Shown in pieces: positions 46,873-60,305 of a stretch of 64,000 bases of DNA; the stretch's first letter is position 1, and each line of letters starts with the position of its first letter. This DNA comes from Curvularia clavata (taxonomy: Eukaryota). A program made the translations under genes and the position numbers. Under the pieces are notes generated by a model. The model was not told where the DNA came from. It saw only the letters and a list, made by a program, of their open reading frames with translations, and made no database searches. The stretch spans positions 186,001 to 250,000 of the forward strand of contig CP089280.1 in NCBI GenBank assembly GCA_023920165.1, written 5' to 3'.

Positions 46873-49485
46873 ATGTACCTCCCACGGAATCTGATAGCAC
46901 ACCTCTATCAGAACCTCGTAAAACGAACACATGCCGCCGCACCGCCAGTCCTGCTTCTGGTTGCTCTCGAACCAGACGCGCTATGTGCCTGTCGAATTCT
47001 CACCGCGTTGCTAAAGCGCGACTACATACCCCACAAGATACAACCGATAGCCGGATATGGCGACCTTTCACGGGCGGCAGATGAATTGGTACGGCCAATG
47101 CGGACAACTGAGGGTGGGAGTGGGGGAGTCGTTGTATGTTTGGGTGTAGGGGGTATGGTAGACATGGAGGAGATGTTAGGCCTAGACGTGGACGAGAATG
47201 GAGAAGGCGGGACTGGTGATGTTGAAGTCTGGCTTCTGGATGCGAGACGACCATGGAATCTGACCAATGTTTTCGCTGCACCTATCAGTCAAGACCCTGC
47301 TACCGGAGAATTGGTACGAAGACAGGCTGGCGTAGACAAGGGCAAGATTCTACAGTCCTACCAGTCGTCAAGAGGTGGAATCATAGTCTTTGATGATGGC
47401 GATATCGAGGAAGAAATGCAAGCAGAGCGGGAAGCGTACGTTGGACTCGAGGAAATGCCAGAGGTGGGGGAGGAAGACGACCTAAGCGACTCAGATCCAG
47501 AAGAGGAAGAACCGCCATCAGGACAGGCACCGAAAAAGAGGAAGTCGTGGGGTGAAGGAGACGACTCCGAAGACGAAATGACGGATGATGAGCGGCCAGC
47601 GCGAAGACGGAGGAGCAATTCAGTATGTTTGGCATTCATACATAACTGAGCATGTACTAACGACTTCAAGGGCGGCTCAATACCATCCTCACCAGAACCG
47701 CGGCGGCGGGGTCTACTGGTAGCCAATCAACTAAGCGGATCCTCCGACTTCTCACGTTCAGATTCCCGCAGCCGCTCCGCATCCCCATCAGTAGCTGCTC
47801 CAAAGGAACAATCTGTCAAAAGCCTGCGAAGGCAGCTCATCAAGAAGCGGGACAAGTATGCACATATCCTCGACAAATACTACGAGCATGGCACGTCCTA
47901 CTCGGATCCTGTCTCCTCTTTAGTATACAACCTGGCCTCTGAACTCGGCCGGGAAGACAACGACCTCCTATGGAACGCCATCGTAGGTGTGAGTAGTCTG
48001 GAGCTGTACGGACGGACAGGAAGTGGTGTTGGTCTGAATCCACTTTCAGCTCAAGGCGGCTCAGCAGGCTGGAATGGCAACCGAGGAGAGAACATACGCT
48101 CAGTGCTGCGAGACGAAGTACGGCGGTTAAATCCCATTACAGACGCTGCAAGTGTCTCGCGGGATGCAACAATGGGTGAGGTCTGGGGTGTCATTCCAAC
48201 GAGTGCTCGCTCGGCGACAGACAAGGCCATTCGCCTGTCACCAGAACCTCGCTTCCTTCTGCTCCGGCATTGGTCTCTATATGAGAGTATGCTGCACTCC
48301 CCCTATCTCTCCGCAAAACTACACATCTGGAGCGATGCTGGGCAAAAGCGACTGGCTAAACTCCTAGCAAAAATGGGTGTCTCCCTCACCGAATGCAAAC
48401 AAAGATATACACACATGGACATGGAGCTGAAGCGCGGCTTGAGGGAACGGCTTCTCAAGTTCGCCCCGCAGTACGGTCTGGATGGCCTTGTTCCTCCAAA
48501 GTCAAGTACAGGCGATCCAAAAGACGGCTGGGGATTCGTCCGCTGCTGGGGCTGGAAAGCCTGTCTCTCAGCGATTGACGTGGGTGTCGTCTTAGGCGCC
48601 ATCCTCGAAGTTGGCGACGTAAAGAACCTCAACCAGTCCGCTCTGGACAGCTCAAACTTTGTAGGAACAAACGACCACACTGAAATGCAGACAGCAACCC
48701 AAGAACAGCAAGACCTTGCACAAGAACACATCACCAGTCGTTTCTGGACAGCATACGACGCCCTAGGCAACATTGACCTCCTTGTCGAGCACATCAACAC
48801 AGCACAACACCTCCATCGCGCCATTCTCCGCACCGGCACTGCACTGATTGAAAAACGCCAAATCCGCCATCTGCGTGCCTTCCGCATGGCCGTCGTAAAA
48901 GAAGGACCCGACGTCCAATTATTCACGCACCCCGGCGCCCTGACCAAACTCGCCCTCTGGATCGCCGAAGCCATTGTCGAACTCAACGGCACAAAAGGCA
49001 AATCCAAAGGCAGCGAACTCGTCATGGCCGGCCTCGACGACTCACGCGGTCTGTACGTTGTCGTCGGTCTAGGTGGCGGCGGCGGCGCAACCGAATCCGC
49101 AAAATCCCGCCTCCAAAAACGCGAAGCCCGCCTCGCTGCCAAACAAGCCAAACAAGCTGCCAAAGAAGAAGATCGAGCTCGCCGCCGCGAAGCCCGCCGC
49201 GCACGTAATCTCGCTGCTGGCCTCGAAGAAGACGAAGTCTCCGATGAGGACTCTGATGAGACTGAATCTGACGCTTCGGAATCTGAGGACTCGGAGTCTG
49301 ACGACGACGATGACGAGCGAAAGCGGTCCGGTAAGAATCGCTTCGGCAATGCGTTCCAGGAAGTCGTGCGCGAGACGGGTGCTAGAGTTCGTATGGATAG
49401 CTTCGAGGCGTGTGTGATTGAGATTAAGAAGGAGGATTTGAGCGGCTTTTTGGAGAAGCTGAGTCAGAAGGCTGTCGTCGGCTAA
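46873..49485 (+). CDS. CDC45: DNA replication initiation factor Cdc45; intron ~47624-47670
   Basis: LVALEPDALCACRIL, IQPIAGY, DARRPWNL, LLLRHWSLYESM, LLAKMG, NRFGNAF. Confidence 0.95.
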
Positions 49486-50144
49486 ATATCCCCCTTTTGC
49501 GTTCGTCGTCGTCGCCGTCGTCGAGGTGTGTTTGCGGGAGGAATATGGGTGGGTGAGTACGTCTTCTACTTCTACTTCTTTTATTTCTAGTACCCTTTTT
49601 TTGTTATCAAATGTGCAAACTTCCTTTGTTATCATTGGCGACTGTAGCTGTAGAAACTGAAGAAAACATGGACTTGGGGGCTTTTTTACGTTGCTGGGCA
49701 TAGCGTGCATTGGTTAATTGGCAATTGGGAATGCGGGTCGGTCGGTTGGTTGGTCGGTCGTCAGGGAGAGAGACGTCGTTGGATACCCCGTGGGTTTTCA
49801 TTCTCCCCCCTTTTCTCACTCACCCTTTTGTCTTCCTTGTCCTTTGGGATCTTTTATGGCATAGTTTATTATTTTTATTGGAATGCGAACAAGCGAATGA
49901 TGTAAAAGAAACTCTAAATTCTTGTTCTTGTTTTCAGTATGTGTGGAAAGCATAGCATAGCGTAGTATACTTAGAACGACCCCTTTTTTGAAAGAAAGCA
50001 CCAAACGAGTTCATGGCAATTCAAGTTTATTACTAACCGAGCAGGAGCAATAAGAAAAGTGGTATCTTCTGTATGAATGTGCAACAAACACCCCACCCAC
50101 CAATCCCCCAGATATTACAGTCACTAAAAATATCCTCTTGTACC

Positions 50145-52549
50145 TTACTTTGTAAACGATCGCCCCTTTTGTCCGATGGTTAATGGTTCCTCATCACTGT
50201 CATCGAAATTTCCCTCTCCACTGCTTCGTCTCTTCCTCGTCCTGACGCCATCTGTCAATCTTCTCTTGACTTCGTCAATGTTTCCATCAATAGTGCTAAA
50301 AGGCTTGAGCTGGAACCCGCTCAGGTTCAAGCTACTACTGTTCCTGCTGTGGCTCTTCTTGGGCGTCTGCGGCCTGCTAGAGAAGATGTCTTGGTTGGCT
50401 AGATCGTGGAAAGATTCGTTGCGCGGTATCTCGTTCAAGGAGCCTGGTGAAGCGGGGTAGTCGTATGTTTCGATATCCTGACCAGCTTCGATGCGAGCAT
50501 CCTTGTCGGACTTGATGGACGGGGTACGAGGACGTCCGTTCTTGTCTCCTCGGATGAATGGATCTTCTACGATGCGCTTTGAGTGGAAGTCCTCGTACAT
50601 CTCTGGGCCGAGTTCGTTGATGAGGTCATTGACGCGTTTGGCGAGGTTCCCACGGCGCTCCTGGAGTTTGACAAGTTCGTTGTTCGAGAAGGGATTCATC
50701 ATCTTCCAAAGAGGTCCAAGAGATTTGAGAATATCCATGGCGACTTCTCCGAAACGGAGGGCGCCGTAAGTGACCGTGATATAGACGATGAGTTGCGGAA
50801 GAATGAGCCAGCGTTTCTGAATGCCAGGGGGGAGGTAGCCGTTGCAGTTGTTGTACGAGTACCAGTAGAGGCCAAGACAGACATACCACGCGTAAGCTGC
50901 TGGTGCAGCAGCCATGGCGACCAGAAGCTTCCACGTAGCCATGACGTCTCTCGCCTGGACCTTGACATTCGAAGCGGCAAGCGCCTCTCTGGCTTTCTTC
51001 TTTGAGACAACCTTGGTGACGATGAAGACTAAACTGAAGAGGAGGGTTCCAGGAAGGACAAGCAGACTCAAGAAGATGAGCTTTGCAAGACGGTAGATGA
51101 AAAGACCCGCGGCACTGATAGGATGCATCTTTGCGTATTGCACCTGGTGATCCCGGATACCAAGCGCCTTGAGTTTGCTGTTGTAAGTAGTGACCTCCTT
51201 CTTGAGCTCCACGACTCGAGGATCGTCCTTGTAACGCTCGTACCCCTGAACAAGACGGCGGTTCAATTCGACAACCCTAGGCAATGGTAGCTTCGTGCCC
51301 TTGGAGTTATAAAGACGGCGCACGGCCTGAATGACCTACGAACGGGAGTTAGCAAAGAAAAGGGTTACGCCGCAATCAAGTCACATACCATGAGTGTATC
51401 GTAGTCAGGTGTCGTAACGGTAACACCGATAAGACCTTGTCGAATTGTCTCGAGCATCTCACCAATGGCATCTCGTCTTCCAGGTCCATCAAACTTCTTG
51501 GCAAGCTCCGGTGGCACGTGAATTGGTGTACCAAACTCGATGACAGCCCTGGATCGGAACTTGTGGGCATGGAAGTAATTCATGCCGACTGGAATGATGT
51601 TAAGATTGCAGTCAGGCTTTGTTGCAACGGTTCCGAGAGCCATAATAGCGACACCGGCTGCAAATTGTTAGTCAACTTCAAGCTCCTATGTAAGAAAGAG
51701 TCTCACCTTTCAGAGGCAGAAGGTCGGTACGGTCATGACTACCACCCTCAGGAAAGATACCAATGCTTCCACCATGATGCAGAACGGCATGCACAGCGTC
51801 GTAAACCTCGGTCTGGTCGAGCTTGGGCGCAACCTGAAACGATGTTCCTTCATAGCCATCGGCAATACCTTTCTTAGCATCCGCTCCGTTGATAAACGTG
51901 CCGTCTTTGGTCATGTCATTACGCCCAGTCAGCTGCTGCATTGCGACGCCTCCCTTGAAGGGTCGCTTGAGCCGGATTTCCTCGGGTCCCTTGATTTCGA
52001 GTATCTCTGCGGTCGCTGCCTTGTTGTCTACTTTTGGAAGCACAATGGAGCCACCGACCTGGAACAACTGGTCCTCGAAGTTTGTGTCTACACCTCGAAC
52101 GAGAGTGGGGTCGTTGATGGGGTCTGGGAGATAGATCTTGCCCTTGGCTGGCTTGGTCATGTCCATAGCTCTTCCAACAGGCACAACACCCGTCAAACCG
52201 GCCATGGCACCGATGAACTTGCGTTTCATGGACTTTTCGGCAATGAGGAATTGAATGCGACGGTCTGATTCCTTCTTCACGACTCGCATCAACATGAGGG
52301 GGTCGACGAACCGCTGGGTGTCAGTTTCCGCTACGCACGAAGAATATCAGTGTGACCTACTTGGTTGGCATGAGGGGCGCACACGAAGATGATGGGGCCC
52401 TCCTTTGGCACTTTCCAACTACTCCTGGGGTGGACTTCTCGGAAGAAGAGCTCTACCAGAATGGAAAAGGTCCACAGAAAAGCATCGTAGAGGTATATGT
52501 TCATGACGGCGAGCTTCTTGCCTCTCGCATCTCTCTTTTCGGTCGCCAT
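50145..52549 (-). CDS. Glycerol-3-phosphate/DHAP O-acyltransferase (Sct1/Gpt2 family), multi-exon
   Basis: APHANQ..FVDP, GIFPEGGSHDRT, PVGMNYFHAHKFRSRAVIEFG, RDVMATWK. Confidence 0.92.
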
Positions 52550-53412
52550 GACGGCTACCTAGACCACTATTGTGCAGCCGGTAAACAAGAGAGCGACAAT
52601 CTGCAGCGTTGCCAGGACGAGGTTGGTGTAGCCTCCTATGGCTGCTGGTGCGTGGTAATATGAGGACTCGAGGGTCAGGACGATAGCGATGGAGGGGGTA
52701 ACGGTAGCTCGCAGTTTGCCGTGCGCTTAGCGCAGCCTCGGAGTCGCTGACGCGGGGCAAGTTTGTTGGCAACTAGGAACTATGCATGAGTTAGCATGGG
52801 GCTGTGAATTCTGGCGTGGTGTTGAGCGCACTTTTACCTTCTAGCAGTTTCTCTGTCTAAGTTGTCGCGTGCGAGAGAACATCAGGCCACAGTTGAGTTT
52901 CGACTATCAGCGGATCCTGAGATAGCCGAGCGCCGAGCAACAAGAGGAGTGTATCCGTGGAGTGCGGAGCAGGCAGCGGAGAGGCGCTCAACAGTCGCCT
53001 ATCTGGGACACTATTGTCGTTGTTGAGCCCGGGTATGTGGAGGAAATGCAGATGTGCCGGGGTAGCGGGACAGCCTGTTATGTCATTGCAGCTTCGCCGT
53101 GGCGCCGGCGGTTCTTCGTGGTGGGGCAGGGGCTGCACGCCGGTAGCCAAAGGCACAGGCAGCGGGCATGGGTCTAGACTTGGGCAACGCCTGCAATATG
53201 TATCGAGCATGCACAGCGTGGTATCAGGAGGGGAAGACGACATGGTCTGAAGGCCAACGGGCCAACCAGCATTGGTATTCTAGGCTTCTAGGTTCTACAA
53301 GCAGACCAGAGCACATCATAGTCTGGGATTGAAAAAAGTATATTTACACAATATTGAAGACAATAAACAGAGAAGAAACAAACCCCCACAGCCAGTATAT
53401 GTGTGCGGGTGT

Positions 53413-55388
53413 TTACACCAGAGCGAACACAGCCGCAGCCACCAGCATAACCCAGACAGAGCTGCTAGCGGCTTGAGCCGAAGCAGCGCCAAGGAACTCG
53501 GGCAGCCCCGGGGTTGATGTATTGCTGTTCACAGGTGGCGACACGACGCTGGGTACTGTCGAGTTTAGAGGAACGGATGTCGCTGGGCCTGTCGGCTGGT
53601 ATGGGACCGTCCTCGTAATAGTGACGCTAGGAGTGCAGCTCGACGTGGACATGGTGGATGGAGCTACAACCGTGACGGTCTTGGTGACGTTGGGGACACA
53701 CGAAGAGCTTGCAGACGGCTTGGTCGCCTCAAACTGACCACCAGTGTTGTTAGAGGGAACGGGAGTCGAGCTGGACGCCGCAGGGCTCGTAGTGTTAGCC
53801 GCCTCAGGCACATCAAAGGCCGGGCCTGGGCCCGGGGCCGCCACACCTTCAGGCTTCCTAGATTCCACTGCTTCTGGTGCCTGTCCGGATGGTGCCTCGC
53901 TAGATGGAATCTTGCTTGGCGAGGGAGCCGGCGTTGGCTCCGGGCTAGGTGCAGGCGTCGAGGTGGGTTGCAGAGTTGGCTGCGGAGTAGGTGCCGGGCT
54001 AGACGCTGCAGCAGAGCTCGTCGAGGGCTTGGAAGGCTTGGATCCACTGTTCTTCACAGGAAGCATGTTCTTCTTGATCTGCAGAAGCGCCTGAGTGACC
54101 TCCAATGCAGACAGCTGCTGACCAACACCAGAAGTACCGTCCCAGCCTCCGGTGTACCACTTGCTGCCGCAAGTCTTTCCGTCGGTGCCACCAGAGCAAG
54201 ACTTTGCCACACCAACTGCAGAGGTCGTGAGATATTTCACAATCGTGTCCTTGGTGAAAGGAGCGAGCATCGCAGTCTTAGCCATGAAGCGGGCGAGATA
54301 CGCTTTAAAAGACTGCTGGTCAAGGTTGCAGTGCCTTCCAGATTCGCCCGTCTCACATGCCCATTCGTACATGATGTCAGTGGCATTTTCAAAAGGCCTG
54401 AAGAAGAGCGACCCAGCATGATTGAGGAAACCAGATACGCGATCCTTCCAAAGCTTGTCGCCCTTTGTGAAGTCATACATGTAGGCTGATCCATGGAGGA
54501 ACATGGCGTTGTTGTAGGTCCATTGGGTCTCGTCGGCCACTTTGGCGCAATTGGTCTTGTCGTCGGTCCCATCAAACACTTCGAATTTGTCGCTGATGAG
54601 CCCAACCTTCTTTGTCCAGTCGTAGAGCTTAACGGACCAGTCGGCATATTTTTGCTCGCCCGTGTAGCGAGCAAGGCGCGCACCAAGGCCAAAGGCGCAG
54701 CCGTTTGAGATAGAGTTTTTGTAGTTGTATCCGTATGAGTTCTCAGGATAGATCTGCCACTTTAGACCTCCATCACAGCTAGTTTCGTCCCAGCGCCCAA
54801 CAATGCTGTCGAACGAGCTAGTCGCAACTTCAAGGTAGTCTGCGGGCGCTTGCGCAGGGTCTGGGAACTGATACTCAAGTGCGCTCATGGCAGCAAGGGC
54901 CCAGAAACATTCATCATCGCTGCCCTGGAGTTCACAGTTAGTCCCTATCATTCATGTAGATCGAGAACCTTTTCGCACCGTCTGGCTCCTACGGTAGTCC
55001 AAGATGAAGTCATTGTTAGGTCCGTAGTTGGACGTCAGCGCCTGCTGGAGCGCCTTGACATGCGAATCGTCACCGCTAATCTGGCTGTATTCAATCATAC
55101 CACCCCACGCAGCGCCACCTTCCCACCAGTAGTGAGGTTGCGGCCAGATGCCGACATCTTCCTTGGCAAGACCTGTAGCATTGCCCTTGTAGAGCGACAT
55201 CAAGCTGTACGCATACTGTCGGGTGACGGCAAGGATGGACGCTGGTTTCGTTAGCCTACAAGTTGTGCGAACGGACCATATCAACTTAGTCTCTCACCTT
55301 CGTCGTTGGGGTCAAACTCAATGGCGTTCACGGTCCTTGCCGCAAAAGCAGTTAGGAGCACAGCTCCGGTGGTTGAGAAGTACTTCAT
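53413..55388 (-). CDS. GH76 alpha-1,6-mannanase/transglycosylase (Dfg5/Dcw1 family), secreted and probably GPI-anchored
   Basis: Signal peptide MKYFSTTGAVLL, YWWEGGAAWG, SDDECFW, YKNSISNG, WTYN, DQQSFKAYL, S/T/P-rich tail and hydrophobic C-terminus. Confidence 0.92.
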
Positions 55389-56124
55389 GCTTGCTCAAAA
55401 ACAAATGTAAGGAAGAAACGAAGGAAGAAAGGAAGAGAGCGAAAAGAAAGGAGCGACTGTATGCTGCGCAAGCAGAGTGTGTGAATGCAGAGAGAAAGTG
55501 AATGTGGTGAAGGGGCTCCATGTTATTTACGGAGCCAGATCATGCAATGTTGGGGTAGGGCCGCGCGGGTGGAGGCGGCGGGGCCCTGTTAGCGGGCGTT
55601 TCGAAACTCAGGGACAGAGTACATGGTAGCCAATCATTACCTTCTCAGCTTGTTTCATGCCCAGGTCCCGTTTGCTCTGGCGTCCACTTATCTTTGACAG
55701 CGCCTTGTCCTTCATTGTTTGACCCAGTCGATCGTACTCTACGCCCATGGCACTCATGGCGGCTGTTCTAGTCGCCGCATGGCTGCTAGCCTCGGATTCA
55801 GCGCTTGCCACAACATGAATAGGTATCCAAGAGCCGCAATAGTCTTCCTATTCCAGACGTGTGCATTAGTCAAACTTGTGGCGGAGCTGTCATGGCGCCG
55901 TGGCTTGTGGAGATCAATCGCAAGAAAATAAGCAACCCACGAGACTAAACCAAGAAACTGTTAAGATTGCCAGTCGGGAGATCCCTCATCAGCCAACACT
56001 TGAGCAATAGCCCCCTGATCTTGCCTCGGTCCCTCATCTTCTAAGAGGTCTGATTCCATGTCTACCCGGAACGCCTGTCACAATACAAAGTCCCTGCGCA
56101 AATACACAGCTGTCAACGCCTACT

Positions 56125-56834
56125 TCAGTTCACACCTGCCAGTCTCATTTCCTTCTTTTCCTTCTCCTTCTGTCGAATCGCAGCCATGTCTTCTTTTGTC
56201 GTGTTGTAAGCTGCGTGGGCCTGATTCATTGGGTTTTCATCAGCATCCTCCCACTCCTTTCTGATCTTCTGGATCTTCTGCTGCCGCCGTAGAGTGGTAT
56301 CGCTCTTCATCTCTTGAAGTCTTTCTTCCTCGTATTCGTAATATAGTTTTCTAGCTCGCCTCTCGGGATGTCTATCTAATTTTTCTTGCGAGTTGCTTGT
56401 TATGTCTAATGCATCGAGCGCATTATCGATACCGCTAGCGTTGAGGGCGGACGGCTTTCCGTCGAGAGAGCCGAGGGCTGCGTCGATGCCGCGAGGCTTC
56501 TTCTCTGCTTTCGGTGCTTTTCCCTTGGGCTTTGACGGTAGCGAGGCTTCTTCTTCGCGGAGCAGCGCCTCTTTCTCGGCCTTCTTACGTGCCGCCTCTG
56601 CGGCCTTCTCCGCTGCGGCGTCACTGCCACCTGTTAGTTCCATATCATCCCAAGATACAGCATTACCTACGCCTTCGCCGTAGATTTAGAACCCTTCTTC
56701 CATTGCTCAGCCTCTTCTCTCTCTGCCTGCTGGTTCTTTGCTGCTTGTTTTGAGGCTGCGGCCTCGGCCTTACGAGCCTGTCCTTGGGCCTTCTTCGAGT
56801 TATCGCCGGCGCCGGCGCCGCCCTTTTTCGCCAT
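56125..56834 (-). CDS. CCDC124/DUF1014-family coiled-coil protein; one intron
   Basis: MAKKG..NSKKAQGQARKAE, ASGIDNALDAL, DRHPERR, ENPMNQ. Confidence 0.85.
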
Positions 56835-57315
56835 CCCGATATATATACTACTGGTAATTATTTTCGGTAGGTATGAAATATGAAGTGGCAGCGTGGGTTG
56901 GGCTGGAAGGATTCGAGGTGCGGTGTAATTATGAATGAGTCAAGGTTTGGTAAGTAGCTGCCTGCAAGCAGCCCCGCAGGGCAGTGGCGTCTCACAATTA
57001 CTGATTTCGACGAAAGTATCGAATATTATGTGGCGGTGGCAAGTACAACTAAGCGTAGTATATAGAGCGGACGGCAGTGTTTTGATATTATGTACAAAAT
57101 AAAAATTCATGTCAGCTAAAAAAGCTCTTTGGCAGCTTCGATGGCACCTACGTAGTTGCCCCACATCACCGAAACCAGTATCTCCCTCAACTTCCACACA
57201 CGGGTATGACTAAGCCCACTGTCAAGTCCTACAACACATCCTTCCATCTCCGCATCCTAACCATTTCAAATCTCTCAACAAACGAAAGCCCCCTGTGCAA
57301 CTGGACTGAACTAGC

Positions 57316-58705
57316 TCATACAATCCCTTCGCTTTTCTCTCGTCTCAAATGGTCTTTTCTTGCACGCATTGCATTTCCTGGCGTAAGCAGTTTAAAGCCT
57401 AACCAGGGCGAATTGATAGGGCTAGTTCCCGTATAGATGAAGACGTCATACAAGAACCCGCCAAACGCACAGCCAAGGAAAGGCGCTACCATTGGGATCT
57501 GGTCCATCATTAGCGGATTTGCCGCATCATTCCTGCAGGAAAATAGTCTCACCCAGAAGTAGTATCCGCCGGCTGACCATACCTCGTGGCCATATCCAAC
57601 GGCATAGGACATCAGCCTCGGGCTAAAGTCGCGAGCAATGTTGATCGCATATCCAGTTTCCCAACCAAAGCAAGAGCCGAGGCCGAAGATGAGGAAAAAT
57701 AAACACAGTGGAAACCATTTGTCGCTCTACAAATCTTGTCAGCAGTTTCTATATTTGTGCATCCATCCATTGCACCTGCCTTAGGAACGCCATTGTTACT
57801 CGGATCCTTCAGTGCAAATATCACAAACATCAGCAACGTGCTGGCGATAAATTCGGAGAAGAACTGGCTGCTCTTGGTCAAGAATGGTTGTGGATACGTG
57901 CAAAAAATAGCTGCAGTGGCCTTTTCTGCAGGAGGCACCGTTCGCATTTTCCCGCCCTCGAACCAGTCGATAGCAGAGATATAGTTCGCGTACACGATAC
58001 CAGAGCCCACGAAGCCACCCAACATCTGCGCGGCAAAATATACCGGAAATCGCCGCCACGGTAGCTGGCGGAAGATGCAATTGCTCAAGGTAATTGCAGG
58101 GTTGAGATAAGCACCAGAGTCACCCGCCACATACAGTCCAAGCATTACACCTAAACCCCAGCTACTGCTTGTTAGAGACCTCCGCTATGATTCAGTAGGT
58201 TCGCTCAACTTACCCCCAATTGATTGACTGATATGCTCCGAAGCCATTGCCTCCTGGAGCAGTAGTCTGTCCTGCTGAGAGCAACACTTGGGCAACTGAG
58301 CCGTCACCGAACATCACCATTACAGCGGTGCCCCAGAACTCCGCAAAGGGCTCTCTCATTACAACCCTTATTCGCGACCATAGCAGGTCTGATTGCGGTG
58401 CTTCAACATGCTCTTCGTCAATGGGTGCTTCAGGATGTAAGCCAAGGACCGATCGCTTTCGCTGTGCGCTCGATGACGTTCGGCGAGGTGACAGTTCTGA
58501 ATCTACAGAACCCGTAGATTGTTGAGTACGGGCCTGAGTCAAGGGAGTGGTGCCTGATGAAAAGTTTGTGTTCATTCCATGCATCCCCTAATAGGCGCTA
58601 CTCACTGTTTCCGGAGGTGACGCTGTTCAGACGCTTGTCTGAATGGCCGTCTGCCCAGTCATGGGTAATTGAGGGCCCTGGAGCCATAGGTCCCTGAGAA
58701 GCCAT
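57316..58705 (-). CDS. Aquaglyceroporin (MIP family), multi-exon
   Basis: REPFAEFWGT, SGAYLNPAIT, IFCTYP, GYAINIARDFSPRL; first exon MASQGPMAPG from ATG 58705. Confidence 0.9.
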
Positions 58706-60305
58706 ATCCGGCAAGCGTGAAGAACAAGTGATGCGAAAACTGGATATGTCTGGATCCCACACCCTGCAATGGAACAGTCAAGATTGAGTAGGTAGGTGGC
58801 GCGTAAAGAAGAGATTGATTGTATTTGCAACCATCTCTGCTAATGCTTAGGTATTGCTAACTCTATGCCCTCGGCTCTTTGGCCTGAAGACGTCATAACA
58901 ATCCCTCAAACACGAAGCGATTGGACGAGTCGTCTTACTTTTGCTCATTGAACCAGTGAGATTTACTGAGGCGGAAGAGAACGCCGCACACGCCGTCAGC
59001 ATGGGCGCAACAGTTGTGGTTGTGTGCCAGGAATGACGTCTGTCAAGTCCATGGATAGGATCTTCCCCGCATCTGAGGCGGTACATTCCCGTTCGGCCTC
59101 GTAAAGCGAGCAATCTAGATCTGGTCCGAAATCGCACATATCATCGCGTAAATGATTTGGACAAGCAACTCTGTCTTTAGGACCTCGTTATTCCCGTCAT
59201 TGATATGTGTGGAGCGTTTTATGGGGAATCTGGGGTACGCCAGTAAGCGCGATCTCCTACGCCCAGCAAATAAACGGAGACAGTCACTAAGAATGGCCAA
59301 CCAAACTCATAGTAGTGGGGAAGATACAAGAGTTTATGCTTGCTACCATAACTTTTGCCTGGCACCATTAGCCACGGTTTTGGTCGTTTTGTATAGCATG
59401 TGCGATGACCCCTCTAGCACCAATCTCGCTACCATGGGCTGGACGTATGTAGCAGGGATGTGCTTGCGTTCACCTTAGACGCTAAACTAAGTAATCCTAC
59501 CTCCAGTCATGTAATTGAAGCTTCAACCGCCTACAACATTAAATACTCGCAACAACAGTATCGAAACCTCAAAGTAGCCGAAGCTTCTGGAGCATGGCCT
59601 TGTCGCAAATCGTCTCCCAATCCAATACACGGTCTACCACATGGTGCTGCGCAACATTTCTTTCTCTAACCTGGCATACCTAAAGATTGGTTTGTTTCGA
59701 ACAACACCTCAACAGTATGATCCCACTTGGAGACTAGCAGCTACCTATCTTCAGCTTGCTGCAGGACTGTAAAAGAGCCGGAAAGCTCTCAGTTTACCGA
59801 CAGAGATGTGTGAGTATGCTGGAAGAAACAGCCATGTGGCGTTCAAAAGGAAGCAATATGAGTCATCCGAACATGAAGCCTCACCATCAGGCATTATGCC
59901 AGTTGTCGTTTCCAATTACGAGAAACAAGGCCCAGAGCTGTGTTGCCCCGCCTCGCGTTCCGTCGCTTATTTGACAGCCCTGTCGATCCACAAATCTTTG
60001 TGTTGGTTGTGTAACATAGCACGTATTATGTCATACGATTGTGTGACTGCGGCACAGCCTATGCACATTCTAGCTGGAGTTGCACCTTAACTTGGCTCTT
60101 ATCATTTGTTTTGTTGCGAACTTCTTGCATCCTACGGGCCCACAAAAACTAGACGAAGAGCTTGAGCATATTGACAAGATCATAACTTTACCCTGTGGCA
60201 AACATCGTTGCTGCTCCTAATCAAACTAGCAACACTCGGATACCCTTCCAGCGTTCCATATCTACCCTGCGCCATACTGCAATCTGGCCTGGATATCATT
60301 GGAGA

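Noticed and set aside
48303..49349. 348-aa antisense ORF within CDC45, and similar antisense ORFs over Uds1, ING and GH76
   Set aside because: Expected from codon bias on the coding strand; low-complexity translations with no motifs.
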